The notes under the pieces were generated by a model. That model was not told where the DNA came from, ran no database searches, and saw only the letters and a list, made by a program, of their open reading frames with translations. Positions 18,638 through 28,021 of a stretch of 64,000 nucleotides of DNA are shown here, in pieces. Made by a program: the position numbers and the translations under genes. Position 1 is the first letter of the stretch, and the number at the start of each line of letters is the position of its first letter. Origin of the DNA: Patescibacteria group bacterium (GTDB taxonomy: Bacteria > Patescibacteriota > Patescibacteriia > JBDRGY01); contig JBDRGY010000016.1 of the NCBI GenBank assembly GCA_043817315.1, positions 4,863 through 68,862 of the forward strand. The letters run 5' to 3'.

Positions 18638-19486
18638 TTAGCCGAACATCAACCAGGCCGGTTTGAATAACATTAGTAACCCAATTACTAACATCAATAT
18701 TCCCCCGATTAGAGCTGAGGCACGAGTGTATTTACTGGTCAGGCCTACTGCCCTAAGGGTAACCATAGCTACAATAAAGACAATCATATCATCCAGCATA
18801 AAGATGAAGATATACAGGGCTATATAGAGATAATATTGAGAGGTAGGAATTTCTGACATAGTCAGAATCTGGGTATAAACAACTGGCAAGCCGGCCGAAC
18901 AGATTACCTCAACTAAGTTAACTGCAAAGGCCAGCAGGATAATCCCGCCCAAGGCCAGCCAAAACTGTTTTTTTTGAGTAATGGTTCTCAGCTTGTCAAA
19001 AATCTGGCGCCTTTTCTCTCCTTCACTGGCCGGACAACCCGGTCGATTGTCCCACCATTTTTTCAAATTGTAATAGGCAGATCCCAGGGCTACTAAACCA
19101 ATTATGGTCCGGACCCATCGGAAAAATCCCAAGAAAGTGAGAACATTGAGCCAGGCCACCATAAATAGGAAATAGACAAAGGCCGAAGCCAAGATAAAAG
19201 TGGAGCCGAAAATCCACATTCTTTTTCGGTCTTTCATGTTCAGCAGTAGACTAATCAAAAATAACAACACCCACATAGCGCAGGGATTAAAGCCGTCCAG
19301 GGCACCGATAATCACTGTCAAAATTGGCAAGGACACTGATGCAGTTTTTAGTTCACCGATAAACGGTAAATTGATAGTTTCTGGAATTTCCGTAAATTCC
19401 TGGGCCGCAGCTCCTTGAACCAAACAAAATAAAAATAGGACTACTATTAATCCTATTAATAAACGTTTTGTTTTTTTATAACTCAT
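18638..19486 (-). CDS. Membrane thiol-disulfide exchange protein (DsbD/CcdA-like TM domain)
   Basis: DGFNPCA and VEVICSAGLP motifs, 7-8 TMs. Confidence 0.8.
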   Translation of the reverse strand: MSYKKTKRLLIGLIVVLFLFCLVQGAAAQEFTEIPETINLPFIGELKTASVSLPILTVIIGALDGFNPCAMWVLLFLISLLLNMKDRKRMWIFGSTFILASAFVYFLFMVAWLNVLTFLGFFRWVRTIIGLVALGSAYYNLKKWWDNRPGCPASEGEKRRQIFDKLRTITQKKQFWLALGGIILLAFAVNLVEVICSAGLPVVYTQILTMSEIPTSQYYLYIALYIFIFMLDDMIVFIVAMVTLRAVGLTSKYTRASALIGGILMLVIGLLMLFKPAWLMFG

Positions 19487-19989
19487 TGCTTGCCCAGCTT
19501 TCTAATCACAAAAACCACAACCACCACCAGAACTAACGTTCCTCCCAGAGTATACCAAACCAGACTACTATCTGATTGATTCCCCTGAAAGCTACTGATA
19601 ATTTCTGCTATCTGGTTGCTACAATTACCCGCCAAACATTTATCTATCTTTTCCTTGATCTGGGTTCCGGTCAGATCGGCATCGTAAAAGCCGCCTACGT
19701 ATTCATCGTTAATAAAAGTTACCGGTACTCCCCTAACATCAGCATCGAGTGATTTGCCTATTTCTTTGAGCAAATTTGCATTTCCGGGATCATTGTAGGT
19801 TTCGTACCTTATAATCTCTACCTCGGGGTACTGATCAGGCAGAGTGGCCAAAAACTCTTCTTCCTCAGCACAATGCGGGCAGCCCTCTCCATAAAAAAAG
19901 TAAAGACTAACCTCCTGAGCCAATACTGGTCCGGCTCGGAATATAAGTGATAAAAAAATGATTGCTAATAAAAATTTAAGTTTGTTCAC
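19483..19989 (-). CDS. Secreted, membrane-anchored thioredoxin/glutaredoxin-like protein
   Basis: Signal peptide, GCPHC, GVP, C-terminal TM. Confidence 0.85.
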   Translation of the reverse strand: MNKLKFLLAIIFLSLIFRAGPVLAQEVSLYFFYGEGCPHCAEEEEFLATLPDQYPEVEIIRYETYNDPGNANLLKEIGKSLDADVRGVPVTFINDEYVGGFYDADLTGTQIKEKIDKCLAGNCSNQIAEIISSFQGNQSDSSLVWYTLGGTLVLVVVVVFVIRKLGKQ

Positions 19990-19990
19990 T

Positions 19991-20257
19991 CTATTTCTCC
20001 TTATTGTTCTCCAAGATTGAGATTAATTCTTGTTTATCCACTTCCCCATATATTCTTTTAAATTCCTGGCCCGATTTGTCTAAAAAAATAAAACAGGGGT
20101 AATCGGTAATGTTATAATTCTTAACATATTCTGGATTTTCGTCAACATCCATATATTTTGTTTCCAACCAAGGTAATTCCTTTTCAATCTCTTCCCAGCG
20201 CGGTTTCATCACCAGGCAGCCGGCACACCAGATAGCTCCGAACTTTAATACTTTCAT
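19991..20257 (-). CDS. Thioredoxin family protein
   Basis: WCAGC and cis-Pro loop DYP. Confidence 0.85.
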   Translation of the reverse strand: MKVLKFGAIWCAGCLVMKPRWEEIEKELPWLETKYMDVDENPEYVKNYNITDYPCFIFLDKSGQEFKRIYGEVDKQELISILENNKEK

Positions 20258-20259
20258 AT

Positions 20260-20538
20260 TTATTTCTTAATAATCTTTATTGCCTTTCCTTCTATTACGG
20301 CTTGACTGACCTTTTTATGGGCTGAGCTAATAATTCGTTGAAAAGTGCTTTGAGAGGTATTCATCATCTTGGCCGCCTTTATCTGGTCATAGTCTTTGAC
20401 ATCCTTTAATCTTAAGGATTCTACTTCTTCCGGTGTTAATTCGATTGAACGCAAAGAACGCAACGGCACCCCCTGTGGTTTAAAATAATGGGCCCGGGCT
20501 CTAAACCTTATTCGTCTGCACCTTCTTGGTCTGGGCAT
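20260..20538 (-). CDS. DUF134 family HTH protein
   Basis: MPRPRRCRRI, FKPQGVP, EVESLRLKD, AAKMMNTSQSTFQR. Confidence 0.88.
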   Translation of the reverse strand: MPRPRRCRRIRFRARAHYFKPQGVPLRSLRSIELTPEEVESLRLKDVKDYDQIKAAKMMNTSQSTFQRIISSAHKKVSQAVIEGKAIKIIKK

Positions 20539-20633
20539 ATCTATTAGTTATTATAACAATTTTGACATTTAAATAAAGTTAACTAGAATATAAATGCGGG
20601 GAGCCCCCTGGAATTTATCCCAGAGGGCTCTAT

Positions 20634-20891
20634 TTACTTGGCTGAAGATAGGTCCTTTTTTACTTTAGTAATTTCAGCCAAATCTTCCTTTAACATCTTT
20701 TCTTCCTGGTTTAAGGCATCTAGCTCATCTGCCTTAGTCCAATTCATCCGATAACCACCTTGCCTGGAAAACCCGCGACCCAAACCTCTGCCACAACCTC
20801 TTGAGCCATAACCGGCTCCACAAGGACCCATTCCTCGTCCTGCTCCGGGACCACCGCCCCAGACCGGACCTTGTCCATCATATCCTGACAT
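20634..20891 (-). CDS. DUF5320-like Gly/Arg-rich protein
   Basis: MSGYDGQGP..GRGMGPCG, coiled-coil tail; SD GGAGGTGA favours ATG 20891. Confidence 0.8.
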   Translation of the reverse strand: MSGYDGQGPVWGGGPGAGRGMGPCGAGYGSRGCGRGLGRGFSRQGGYRMNWTKADELDALNQEEKMLKEDLAEITKVKKDLSSAK

Positions 20892-20913
20892 CGTTCTCAC
20901 CTCCCTTCATAGT

Positions 20914-21051
20914 TAAATTCTAAATTCGAAGCACTAAATCAGAAACAAATTCAAAATTCCAATATCTAAATTCAAAACGTATTCTTTATATAGTTTGGAA
21001 TTTAAGATTTGGAGCATTGGATGTTGTTTAGTATTTCGGATTTAGGATTTA
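20914..21051. repeat. Long AT-rich imperfect palindrome built from approximately 7-nt units
   Basis: Arms TAAATTCTAAATTCGAAGCACTAAA and TTTAGTATTTCGGATTTAGGATTTA pair with G-U wobbles and one mismatch. Confidence 0.7.
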
Positions 21052-21091
21052 TAATTTTCAATGAACAGGGGAGCTTATCCACAGAAACTGG

Positions 21092-21158
21092 GTTATGAAT
21101 ATTTACCCATTTGGCTAATCTTAGCTCTTTCATGGGGTTATGGGTATTTACCCATAAC
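21092..21158. promoter_or_regulatory. Two related palindromic operator-like sites next to a TTGACA-N16-TATGAT promoter (minus strand)
   Basis: GTTATGGGTA-TT-TACCCATAAC at 21137-21158 and a degenerate copy starting at 21092. Confidence 0.6.
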
Positions 21159-21214
21159 TAATCATATCATACTAAAAAAACCTGTCAAGAGGACAGGTCA
21201 AATTTTATTCGTCT

Positions 21215-21964
21215 TTACTCTAAAAGAAGCAGCAGTAGCATTAAACCGATTCCCACCAGAAAAATTAGCAACTGTAATATACTCCTGCCGATCTTGGTTT
21301 CTTTTTTTAATTCGGGGATTAAATCTGCTGTAGCAATGTAAATAAACCCACCAATGGTAAGCGGGACAACAAAACTTAAAATATTATCTAGTTGCTCGTT
21401 TAAAGACAATATTACTATTGCCCCAACAATCGCCAGAAGGGCGGTTAGAAAATTGGTGAGTAAAGCTTTCTTCCGAGAAAAACCAGCGTGCAGCAATACT
21501 CCAAAATCACCAATTTCCTGAGGAACCTCGTGGAGAATTACAGCGACACTGGTGGCAATTCCCACTGGGATACTAACCAGAAAACTTCCGGCGATGATCA
21601 TGCCGTCAATCAAATTGTGCAAGCCATCTCCGATTAAATTGGTATAGGCAAAGGGGTGGGGATGATCATCTGATGTCGGAATATGGCAATGCCGCCAATA
21701 AAGAACCTTTTCTAGAATGAAAAATATGACAATCCCCAAAAGAATGTATAGAGAAAGCTGCAGTTCAGTACCACAGGCTTCAAAGGCTTCGGGCAGTAAA
21801 TGGATAAAAGCACCGCCTAGCAGACCGCCCGCTGACAAGCTAACCAGAAAAAGCAGGGCTTTTTTTAATTTCTCTTGAGAAACGGAAAAACTAAATACCC
21901 CGATTAGGGAAATCAGGCTGATAACAACCACTGAACCTAAGGTATAAAGCCAAGTTTCGGTCAT
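21215..21964 (-). CDS. ZIP family metal transporter
   Basis: HCH..HPH, DGLHNLIDG, HEVPQEIGDF. Confidence 0.92.
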   Translation of the reverse strand: MTETWLYTLGSVVVISLISLIGVFSFSVSQEKLKKALLFLVSLSAGGLLGGAFIHLLPEAFEACGTELQLSLYILLGIVIFFILEKVLYWRHCHIPTSDDHPHPFAYTNLIGDGLHNLIDGMIIAGSFLVSIPVGIATSVAVILHEVPQEIGDFGVLLHAGFSRKKALLTNFLTALLAIVGAIVILSLNEQLDNILSFVVPLTIGGFIYIATADLIPELKKETKIGRSILQLLIFLVGIGLMLLLLLLE

Positions 21965-22022
21965 AAAATCATTATAACAAAAAAGGCCCGATTATATAAC
22001 CGTGCCTCAATTAACAAACCCC

Positions 22023-23456
22023 TTATTCCCTTCTCAGGGCATCAATGGCATCCATTTTGGCAGCTTTGGCTGCCGGGTATAATCCAGAAACCAACCCCAC
22101 TAAAGTGGAAAAAGCAATCACTCCTACTAATAGATACCAGGGAATAACGATAATGCTATCAACGGAAAAGCTTTGGTCTGACATAATCCGGCCAGCCACC
22201 AAATTGACTATTTTAGACAACCCATAACCTGAGGCTGCTCCCAAAAAGCCGCCCCAAAAACCGATAAAGGCCGCTTCAATGGTAAATAGTCTCCTGACTG
22301 CTGCCCGAGAAGCACCCACTGCTTTCATCACACCAATCTCTCTGGTTCTTTCCATGGTAGCCATCACCATAGTATTAATAATGCCGATAGCTGCCACTAC
22401 CAGGGCAATGCCACCAATGGCACCCAAAACTATTTGGATTATTAAAAATAGTTTTAAGATATCGTCCAAAAAATCTTTGGCCGTGATTGCTCCCAATTCC
22501 AGCTCTTCAACGGCTGTGGCAACCGCTTCTACGTTCTCAGCATTGTTAACTAAAGCGATCAAAGACTGGTAGCCGTCCTCGGCAATCTTGTCTCTGGAGA
22601 CTAATTGTCCTATTGGCTGTGGCCAATCGGAATCAGCATATTGAACTCCGTATTGGGTTTGTTGTTCCATTTCTTGGCGGATAACTTCCACTCTCTGGTA
22701 TTCTTCCTCGGTTGGTTCTCCCCAATTCTGTTCCGTCATCAGTCGCCTAGCCCAGCCATCGGTGACGTAACTATTTCTATCATTCATTCCCGGATTAGAG
22801 ACACCTATTATCTCCGCTTCAATGTCGTAAGATCTCTGCCAATCTTCATTGGGGTCTCCCGGTTCCGGAACTCCTGTTTCTAAACTATGATAGCCCTCCC
22901 AAGTGGTAAAAGTAACTTTCTTACCCAAAACATCATTGGGATCTAATTCAAAATAATCAACAAAGGCATGGCCGAGAATTATTTTATTCATTTCATCATC
23001 AGAGGTAAAATTGCGGCCAGCAATTAAATCAACTTGACTAGCCTCGTTAATTCTCATACTTGATACATTGGCATTGGGTATTTTTTTCTCTTGTCCCTCA
23101 ATCAGCATGTTCTGTAGCGGGTGAACATGGACTGTAGGATTAACCGCTATTACATTAGTGATAGCTTCAACTTTGGCAATAATTTCGTCGTCTAATTTTA
23201 TTCCATCATCAGTCTCCCCAAATCCTCCGCCAAAAAAGGTGGCTTCGATATCTTGAGTGGGTAAGACGGTTACTTGATTCAAAACTCCGGCCTTTTCCAG
23301 CTGCTGCATAAATACGTTTTGGGCGCCCATGGCAATAGAAGTTAGGCTGACTACAGCCAAGGCACCGATTAATACAGCAATGATAGTCAAGAAGGTGCGG
23401 ATCTTTCTACGCCATAAGTTCTTGAAGGCCATTTTTAGATAATCAAAAAAGCGCAT
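22023..23456 (-). CDS. MacB/FtsX-like ABC permease
   Basis: RRKIRTFLT, ERTREIGVMKAVGA, YPAAKAA. Confidence 0.9.
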   Translation of the reverse strand: MRFFDYLKMAFKNLWRRKIRTFLTIIAVLIGALAVVSLTSIAMGAQNVFMQQLEKAGVLNQVTVLPTQDIEATFFGGGFGETDDGIKLDDEIIAKVEAITNVIAVNPTVHVHPLQNMLIEGQEKKIPNANVSSMRINEASQVDLIAGRNFTSDDEMNKIILGHAFVDYFELDPNDVLGKKVTFTTWEGYHSLETGVPEPGDPNEDWQRSYDIEAEIIGVSNPGMNDRNSYVTDGWARRLMTEQNWGEPTEEEYQRVEVIRQEMEQQTQYGVQYADSDWPQPIGQLVSRDKIAEDGYQSLIALVNNAENVEAVATAVEELELGAITAKDFLDDILKLFLIIQIVLGAIGGIALVVAAIGIINTMVMATMERTREIGVMKAVGASRAAVRRLFTIEAAFIGFWGGFLGAASGYGLSKIVNLVAGRIMSDQSFSVDSIIVIPWYLLVGVIAFSTLVGLVSGLYPAAKAAKMDAIDALRRE

Positions 23457-24118
23457 TAGCGTATCCTCCCGTCATGCATTTTAATAATGCGCTCGGCGTA
23501 TTTAGCCATTTCCGGATCATGAGTCACCATCACAATGGTCACTTTTTGCTTCTTATTTAAATCTTGCAACAGGGCCATAATTTCTTTTCCGGTTTTGGTG
23601 TCCAGATTACCTGTTGGCTCATCAGCCAAAATAATTTTTGGGTTATTGATCAAAGCCCTGGCAATAGAGACTCTTTGCCGCTGACCAGCTGACAGCTGAT
23701 TGGGCCGATGCTTCAATCGATTTCCCAGTCCTACCACCTTTAATGCTTCAGCAGCTCGCTTCTTCTTTTCTTTGTCGCCCACCCCGGCAAAATACAGAGG
23801 AAGCATCACGTTTTCGACAGCAGTATAAAACGGCTGTAAATTAAAAGATTGGAACACGAAACCAATCTTTTGATTACGATATTTAGATAAGACCTTGTCT
23901 TTCAACCGGCCTAGGTCCTCATTATCAATCAATACTGTGCCAGAATCCGGAGAATCAAGTCCGCCGATTAGATTCAAAAAAGTCGTCTTACCGGAACCAG
24001 AGGGACCCATAATGGCCACGAATTCCCCGTCTTGGATTTTGAGATCAACGTGGAATAAGGCATTGATAGGGTCACCGCCCACTTCGTAGCGACGACTGGT
24101 GTTTTTTAACTCGATCAT
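23456..24118 (-). CDS. MacB/LolD-like ABC ATP-binding protein
   Basis: GPSGSGKT, LSAGQRQR, ADEPTGNLD. Confidence 0.93.
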   Translation of the reverse strand: MIELKNTSRRYEVGGDPINALFHVDLKIQDGEFVAIMGPSGSGKTTFLNLIGGLDSPDSGTVLIDNEDLGRLKDKVLSKYRNQKIGFVFQSFNLQPFYTAVENVMLPLYFAGVGDKEKKKRAAEALKVVGLGNRLKHRPNQLSAGQRQRVSIARALINNPKIILADEPTGNLDTKTGKEIMALLQDLNKKQKVTIVMVTHDPEMAKYAERIIKMHDGRIR

Positions 24119-24185
24119 TTATATTTTATTTTTGTTTTTCTGTCTCTATTATAGCAGATTTTTGGTTAAAAATCAAGGCTAGTCA

Positions 24186-24683
24186 TCAAAACGGTTTCAG
24201 GGTATACGGTGTCATATTGTTCTGGGAATCATATACTTTTAAAGTAATTGTGGCCTCGACACACTCCCCCGGTGTGTCATAGCGCCACTCCTTTCTGTTG
24301 GTATATACATTGATAGGGTCCTCCTGGATCAAGTAACCGCAATCAACCGTCCAGCTATAGCTGACAACATCTCCTTCTGGATCTCGGACAATAGCAGTTA
24401 ACTGATAGCGATGCGGTGTATCCGGGTAATTTTGGTGTAGCTGAGAAATATTAATTCCCTGAATTTCCGGAGCCTGGTTGGTTGGTTCTTCTTCATCGGC
24501 ATTAGTATTTTCATTAGCCGTATTGGCGTTCTCGTTTTCCATCTGCTTTAACATTACGTTAGCGAACTCGGCATCTCTTTGCTGATCCTCCTCATCATCT
24601 TCGCAGCAATTGTCAATAAAGCCCGCAGTAAAAACAAAGGTGCCGATTAATATAATCAACGAGAAGGTTTTTGATTTCGTCAT
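24186..24683 (-). CDS. Exported protein with Ig/PKD-like domain
   Basis: N-terminal hydrophobic segment, NQAP..DPEGD..YSW. Confidence 0.65.
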   Translation of the reverse strand: MTKSKTFSLIILIGTFVFTAGFIDNCCEDDEEDQQRDAEFANVMLKQMENENANTANENTNADEEEPTNQAPEIQGINISQLHQNYPDTPHRYQLTAIVRDPEGDVVSYSWTVDCGYLIQEDPINVYTNRKEWRYDTPGECVEATITLKVYDSQNNMTPYTLKPF

Positions 24684-24685
24684 AA

Positions 24686-25624
24686 TTATTTTTTAAGCTC
24701 AATTACCTCAAAATCAGAATTGCTCACAGTCGAAGTAGAACCAGTAGAGGTCCGCCAAACCGCCTGAAAAGTATGATCACCTTCCAGAACCTGAGTCGTG
24801 CCAAAAAAAGCTAAACTGAAACTTTCGTCAGCCGTACCGGAAGTGCCGCGACGGGCGTAATCGCCGTACGAGTCCCCATCAATTTTCAAACCAATATCAG
24901 TATAACCGCCATTCTGATTGTTTTTAAATGTACCGCTGAACATAATCAAAACATTACTATTGCCAGTGGTCATGGTAAATTCTCCTTCTCCCATTACCTC
25001 ATAGCTGGTGGAAGTAGTGGTTTCACCTATACCAACTCCAGCACCCTGGATATCGGTTATGGCATTGTCAGCAAGATCATCTGTGTCAACTGTCCCGTCT
25101 AATATTTTAGCGCTGGTTACCGCGTTGCTGCCCAATTTACCTACAGAAATGGCTCCATCTTCAATCTTGATACCGCTTACCGCTCCTATGGCCAATTCAT
25201 CTGTATCTACTGCCCCATCAGCTATTTTGGCAGAAGTAACAGCATCAGTCGCCAAGTTAGCTGTAGCAATAATTCCATCGCCCAATAAACTACCAATGGT
25301 CAAAGACCCGGTAACCTCCATATTGTCGTTAACTATAAAAGGCATTTCATCATCTGTGCCAGCAGCCGCACCTCTAAAGACTCTTCCGTCAATCCGGACA
25401 TTGTCACCAAAGGTAACCGGGTTGTCAATATCACCTTCGGCAGTTGTTTCATTGACGATGGTTCCATTGAAGAAGGTAACCCCACCGACTCCTTGTTGAC
25501 CGATCCTGATAGAATCGAAAGGAACGGTTCCCTCTCCGGTAAAACTAGCGGCATAAACAATGCCGACGCAGGTCAGTAAAGAAACCCCAGCTACGGACAA
25601 TGAATAAGCTAATTTTTTCTTCAT
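24686..25624 (-). CDS. Exported fibre-like protein with AVTxAKI repeats (paralog 1)
   Basis: Signal peptide, 10-aa periodic repeats; start moved to ATG 25624 to match the paralog. Confidence 0.75.
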   Translation of the reverse strand: MKKKLAYSLSVAGVSLLTCVGIVYAASFTGEGTVPFDSIRIGQQGVGGVTFFNGTIVNETTAEGDIDNPVTFGDNVRIDGRVFRGAAAGTDDEMPFIVNDNMEVTGSLTIGSLLGDGIIATANLATDAVTSAKIADGAVDTDELAIGAVSGIKIEDGAISVGKLGSNAVTSAKILDGTVDTDDLADNAITDIQGAGVGIGETTTSTSYEVMGEGEFTMTTGNSNVLIMFSGTFKNNQNGGYTDIGLKIDGDSYGDYARRGTSGTADESFSLAFFGTTQVLEGDHTFQAVWRTSTGSTSTVSNSDFEVIELKK

Positions 25625-25721
25625 AGGATTTTTTGATGAATGATTAGTTGATTCCATTATATCATTTTTGTAAGAAAAGCGCCGCCTGGACGGCAGCGCC
25701 TTTCTTGCTCAATATCTTTAT

Positions 25722-26570
25722 CTATCTCTTTAACTCAATACAATCAAGGGTGTTGGCATATAGACTAGCTTCTTGGCCGACAACGGTATTCCAGCCCAAC
25801 TGGACTGTGTGATCACCGGACTCTACTTCAAAAATGGCCGAGGTAGTTAGGGTAACGAAACCGTTTCCCCCGCCATTGGTCTGTTTTCGGGCGGTCCTGT
25901 CAATAATCTCATCATCTAGCAGTATCGCTATGGTAATTGCCTGGTCTTCAGCGTCCACTGTCCCATAACCACTAAAAATGCAGAAGAGGTTGCTCTCTCC
26001 GGTGGTAATGTCCAGTTCAGCAGCAATATCGTAGTCGCCACCCGATTCAGTAGTCGTTTGGGTCTGAGTCTGTGAATCTTCAACGGCCTGGGTAACTGCC
26101 CCACCGAGAATCTTGGCTGTGGTAACGGCATCATCAGCTAAATCAGCCGTGGCGATCGTCCCGTCATCAATTTTGGCTGTGGTAACGGCATCATCAGCTA
26201 AATTAGTTGTGTCAATCACCCCGGTTGAGGCCAAGGAACCGATCGTTAAAGACCCCGTCACCTCCATATTGTCATTGACAATAAACGGCATGGTGTCTGC
26301 TGTCCCAGCCGTAGCTCCTCTAAAAACTCGGCCGTCAATTCGCACGTTATCGCCAAAGGTAACCGGGTTATCAGCATCACCAGCCGCAGTTGTTTCATTG
26401 ACGATAGTTCCATTAAAGAAAGTGACTCCGCCAACTCCCTGCTGCCCAATCCTGATGGAGTCAAAAGGAACCGTCCCTTCTCCGGTAAAACTGGCGGCAT
26501 AAACAATGCCAACACAGGTAATCAGGGAAACGCCAGTTACTGCTATTGAGTAGAGAATTTTCTTTTTCAT
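25722..26570 (-). CDS. Exported fibre-like protein with AVTTAKI repeats (paralog 2)
   Basis: N-terminal approximately 115 aa nearly identical to paralog 1; 31-nt exact repeat at 26113-26143 and 26173-26203. Confidence 0.75.
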   Translation of the reverse strand: MKKKILYSIAVTGVSLITCVGIVYAASFTGEGTVPFDSIRIGQQGVGGVTFFNGTIVNETTAAGDADNPVTFGDNVRIDGRVFRGATAGTADTMPFIVNDNMEVTGSLTIGSLASTGVIDTTNLADDAVTTAKIDDGTIATADLADDAVTTAKILGGAVTQAVEDSQTQTQTTTESGGDYDIAAELDITTGESNLFCIFSGYGTVDAEDQAITIAILLDDEIIDRTARKQTNGGGNGFVTLTTSAIFEVESGDHTVQLGWNTVVGQEASLYANTLDCIELKR

Positions 26571-26672
26571 AGACCATTATTTAATAGTTAGTAACTATGC
26601 CCATTATATCATTTATTCTACTAAAAAAGAAAAGCGCCCTGTTATAGCTAGGGCGCCGTAAGAAGCTTCTGT

Positions 26673-27233
26673 CTATTCTCTGGCTTCTGCTTTGTTGAGA
26701 TTGTGAATCACCGGCCAGAGCCAAGCCCCCAAAAGGCCGATCAGCACCAGGCTGAATCTGTCCAGACCATGACCGAAGTCATGATAGCGGGTGAAGCAAA
26801 TGAACAGTTTACTGATGGCTAAGGCGAAGACAACGGCATCTAGACAAAGCAGGGTAATCCAGAGCTGCATTTCCTTCCAGTAGTAGCGCAGGAAGACCAA
26901 GATGTCCAGAGCAATCACCGCCTCAGCAAACATCAGACTTTTTTCCAGTTCCTCCATCTCCATCAGACCCAGGGAGACCAGGATCAAGCTAGACCCCAAG
27001 TAGATCCAGAGACCGAAGAAACAGAAGAAGATGATGCCAGAGACTGTTTTTCCCATCTCCAGACATCGTTTGAGGCTGATGCCGTGAGGAATAGCCACGA
27101 AGATCAGAATACACATCCCTCCGCAAAACAGCGAAATCAGCCCCAGCTTGGTGGCGATGTAGAAAACGCAGGCGGCGAAGATCCAGGGCAGAGCAAAGCC
27201 AATGGGATGAAATCCCTTTTTCTGTTCACTCAT
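26673..27233 (-). CDS. Hypothetical multi-pass membrane protein (GC-richer class)
   Basis: About 6 TMs, GGGAGGT SD, own promoter. Confidence 0.7.
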   Translation of the reverse strand: MSEQKKGFHPIGFALPWIFAACVFYIATKLGLISLFCGGMCILIFVAIPHGISLKRCLEMGKTVSGIIFFCFFGLWIYLGSSLILVSLGLMEMEELEKSLMFAEAVIALDILVFLRYYWKEMQLWITLLCLDAVVFALAISKLFICFTRYHDFGHGLDRFSLVLIGLLGAWLWPVIHNLNKAEARE

Positions 27234-27382
27234 TACTACCTCCCGTCCGAGTGGGACATAATATCAGTGACCTATTTGCCAAAGAACGTTATATCTTCTT
27301 ATCAAAACCTCCTTTATTTGTCAATAAAAAATGACCCTGTCAAAAACAGTGACAGGGTCTTGTCGCAAGACAGTTCTTCCCC

Positions 27383-27715
27383 CTATTCAGAAGGAGGTTC
27401 TACCAGGTCAAGCCCACAGATGTGACCACACAGCTCATGGGAAAAACCTGGGACTGGAACACTCTGCCGGCCGGGAATCACCACGAAGGTGCGTTCCTCT
27501 TGGCTGGAACCGAAACCATGCTGGGCTGAATGAGCGATTCTGTCTCGAGTTGTCTGATCGGCGGTGAAACCACCACCCTCTATCCAACCGTGCAACTTCC
27601 TGGCCTGGAAAGCGCCGGCATCCTGAGAAAAGGTAACAGCGATCCCTCTGTCATTCCTCATGGCCTCTCTGAGGGTTTGCTGCACCTCAACTCGGCCAAA
27701 GAACCTCTGGGGCAT
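27383..27715 (-). CDS. Hypothetical protein (GC-richer class)
   Basis: AAGGAGGT SD, TTGACA-N17-TATCAT promoter, downstream hairpin terminator. Confidence 0.65.
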   Translation of the reverse strand: MPQRFFGRVEVQQTLREAMRNDRGIAVTFSQDAGAFQARKLHGWIEGGGFTADQTTRDRIAHSAQHGFGSSQEERTFVVIPGRQSVPVPGFSHELCGHICGLDLVEPPSE

Positions 27716-27826
27716 AGACTACCTCCTTTTGGAGAAGAACTGTGACTTCAAGGAACAGATAGTAAAAAAATGATAACAAGGATATGGCCGACTGTCAATA
27801 ATATATAACCAAGTTATTCTACTCTG

Positions 27827-27899
27827 CTCCCCCGGGTGGTCTCGAACCACCACTCTTCGCATTAACAGTGCGATGTTTTACCAATTAAACTACAGGGGA
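27827..27899 (-). tRNA. tRNA-Asn(GTT), divergent copy, no encoded CCA, flanked by inverted repeats
   Basis: TCCCCTG-TA-GTTT..AAAC-A-TCGCA-CTGTTAA-TGCGA-AGAGT-GGTGG-TTCGAGA-CCACC-CGGGGGA-G. Confidence 0.9.
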
Positions 27900-27915
27900 G
27901 CAGAAAAGAATAATC

Positions 27916-27939
27916 AAAAAACCAGTCGCTTACGACTGG
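27916..27939 (-). terminator. Attenuator terminator upstream of tRNA-Asn
   Basis: CCAGTCG-TAAG-CGACTGG-TTTTTT on the minus strand. Confidence 0.85.
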
Positions 27940-27967
27940 CCAGTCAATCCAAACAAAACTAGGCCAG

Positions 27968-28015
27968 TCAGAACTGGTTGTTGTTATTGTTTAGTTGAAC
28001 TATTACTATCTTCAT
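27968..28015 (-). CDS. Asn-rich leader peptide MKIVIVQLNNNNNQF
   Basis: ATG AAG ATA GTA ATA GTT CAA CTA AAC AAT AAC AAC AAC CAG TTC TGA, starting 6 nt after the -10 box. Confidence 0.8.
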   Translation of the reverse strand: MKIVIVQLNNNNNQF

Positions 28016-28021
28016 ATTCTA

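Noticed and set aside
21075-21083. DnaA boxes TTATCCACA here and at 56906-56914 as oriC
   Set aside because: Isolated single boxes with no cluster and no dnaA in the window.
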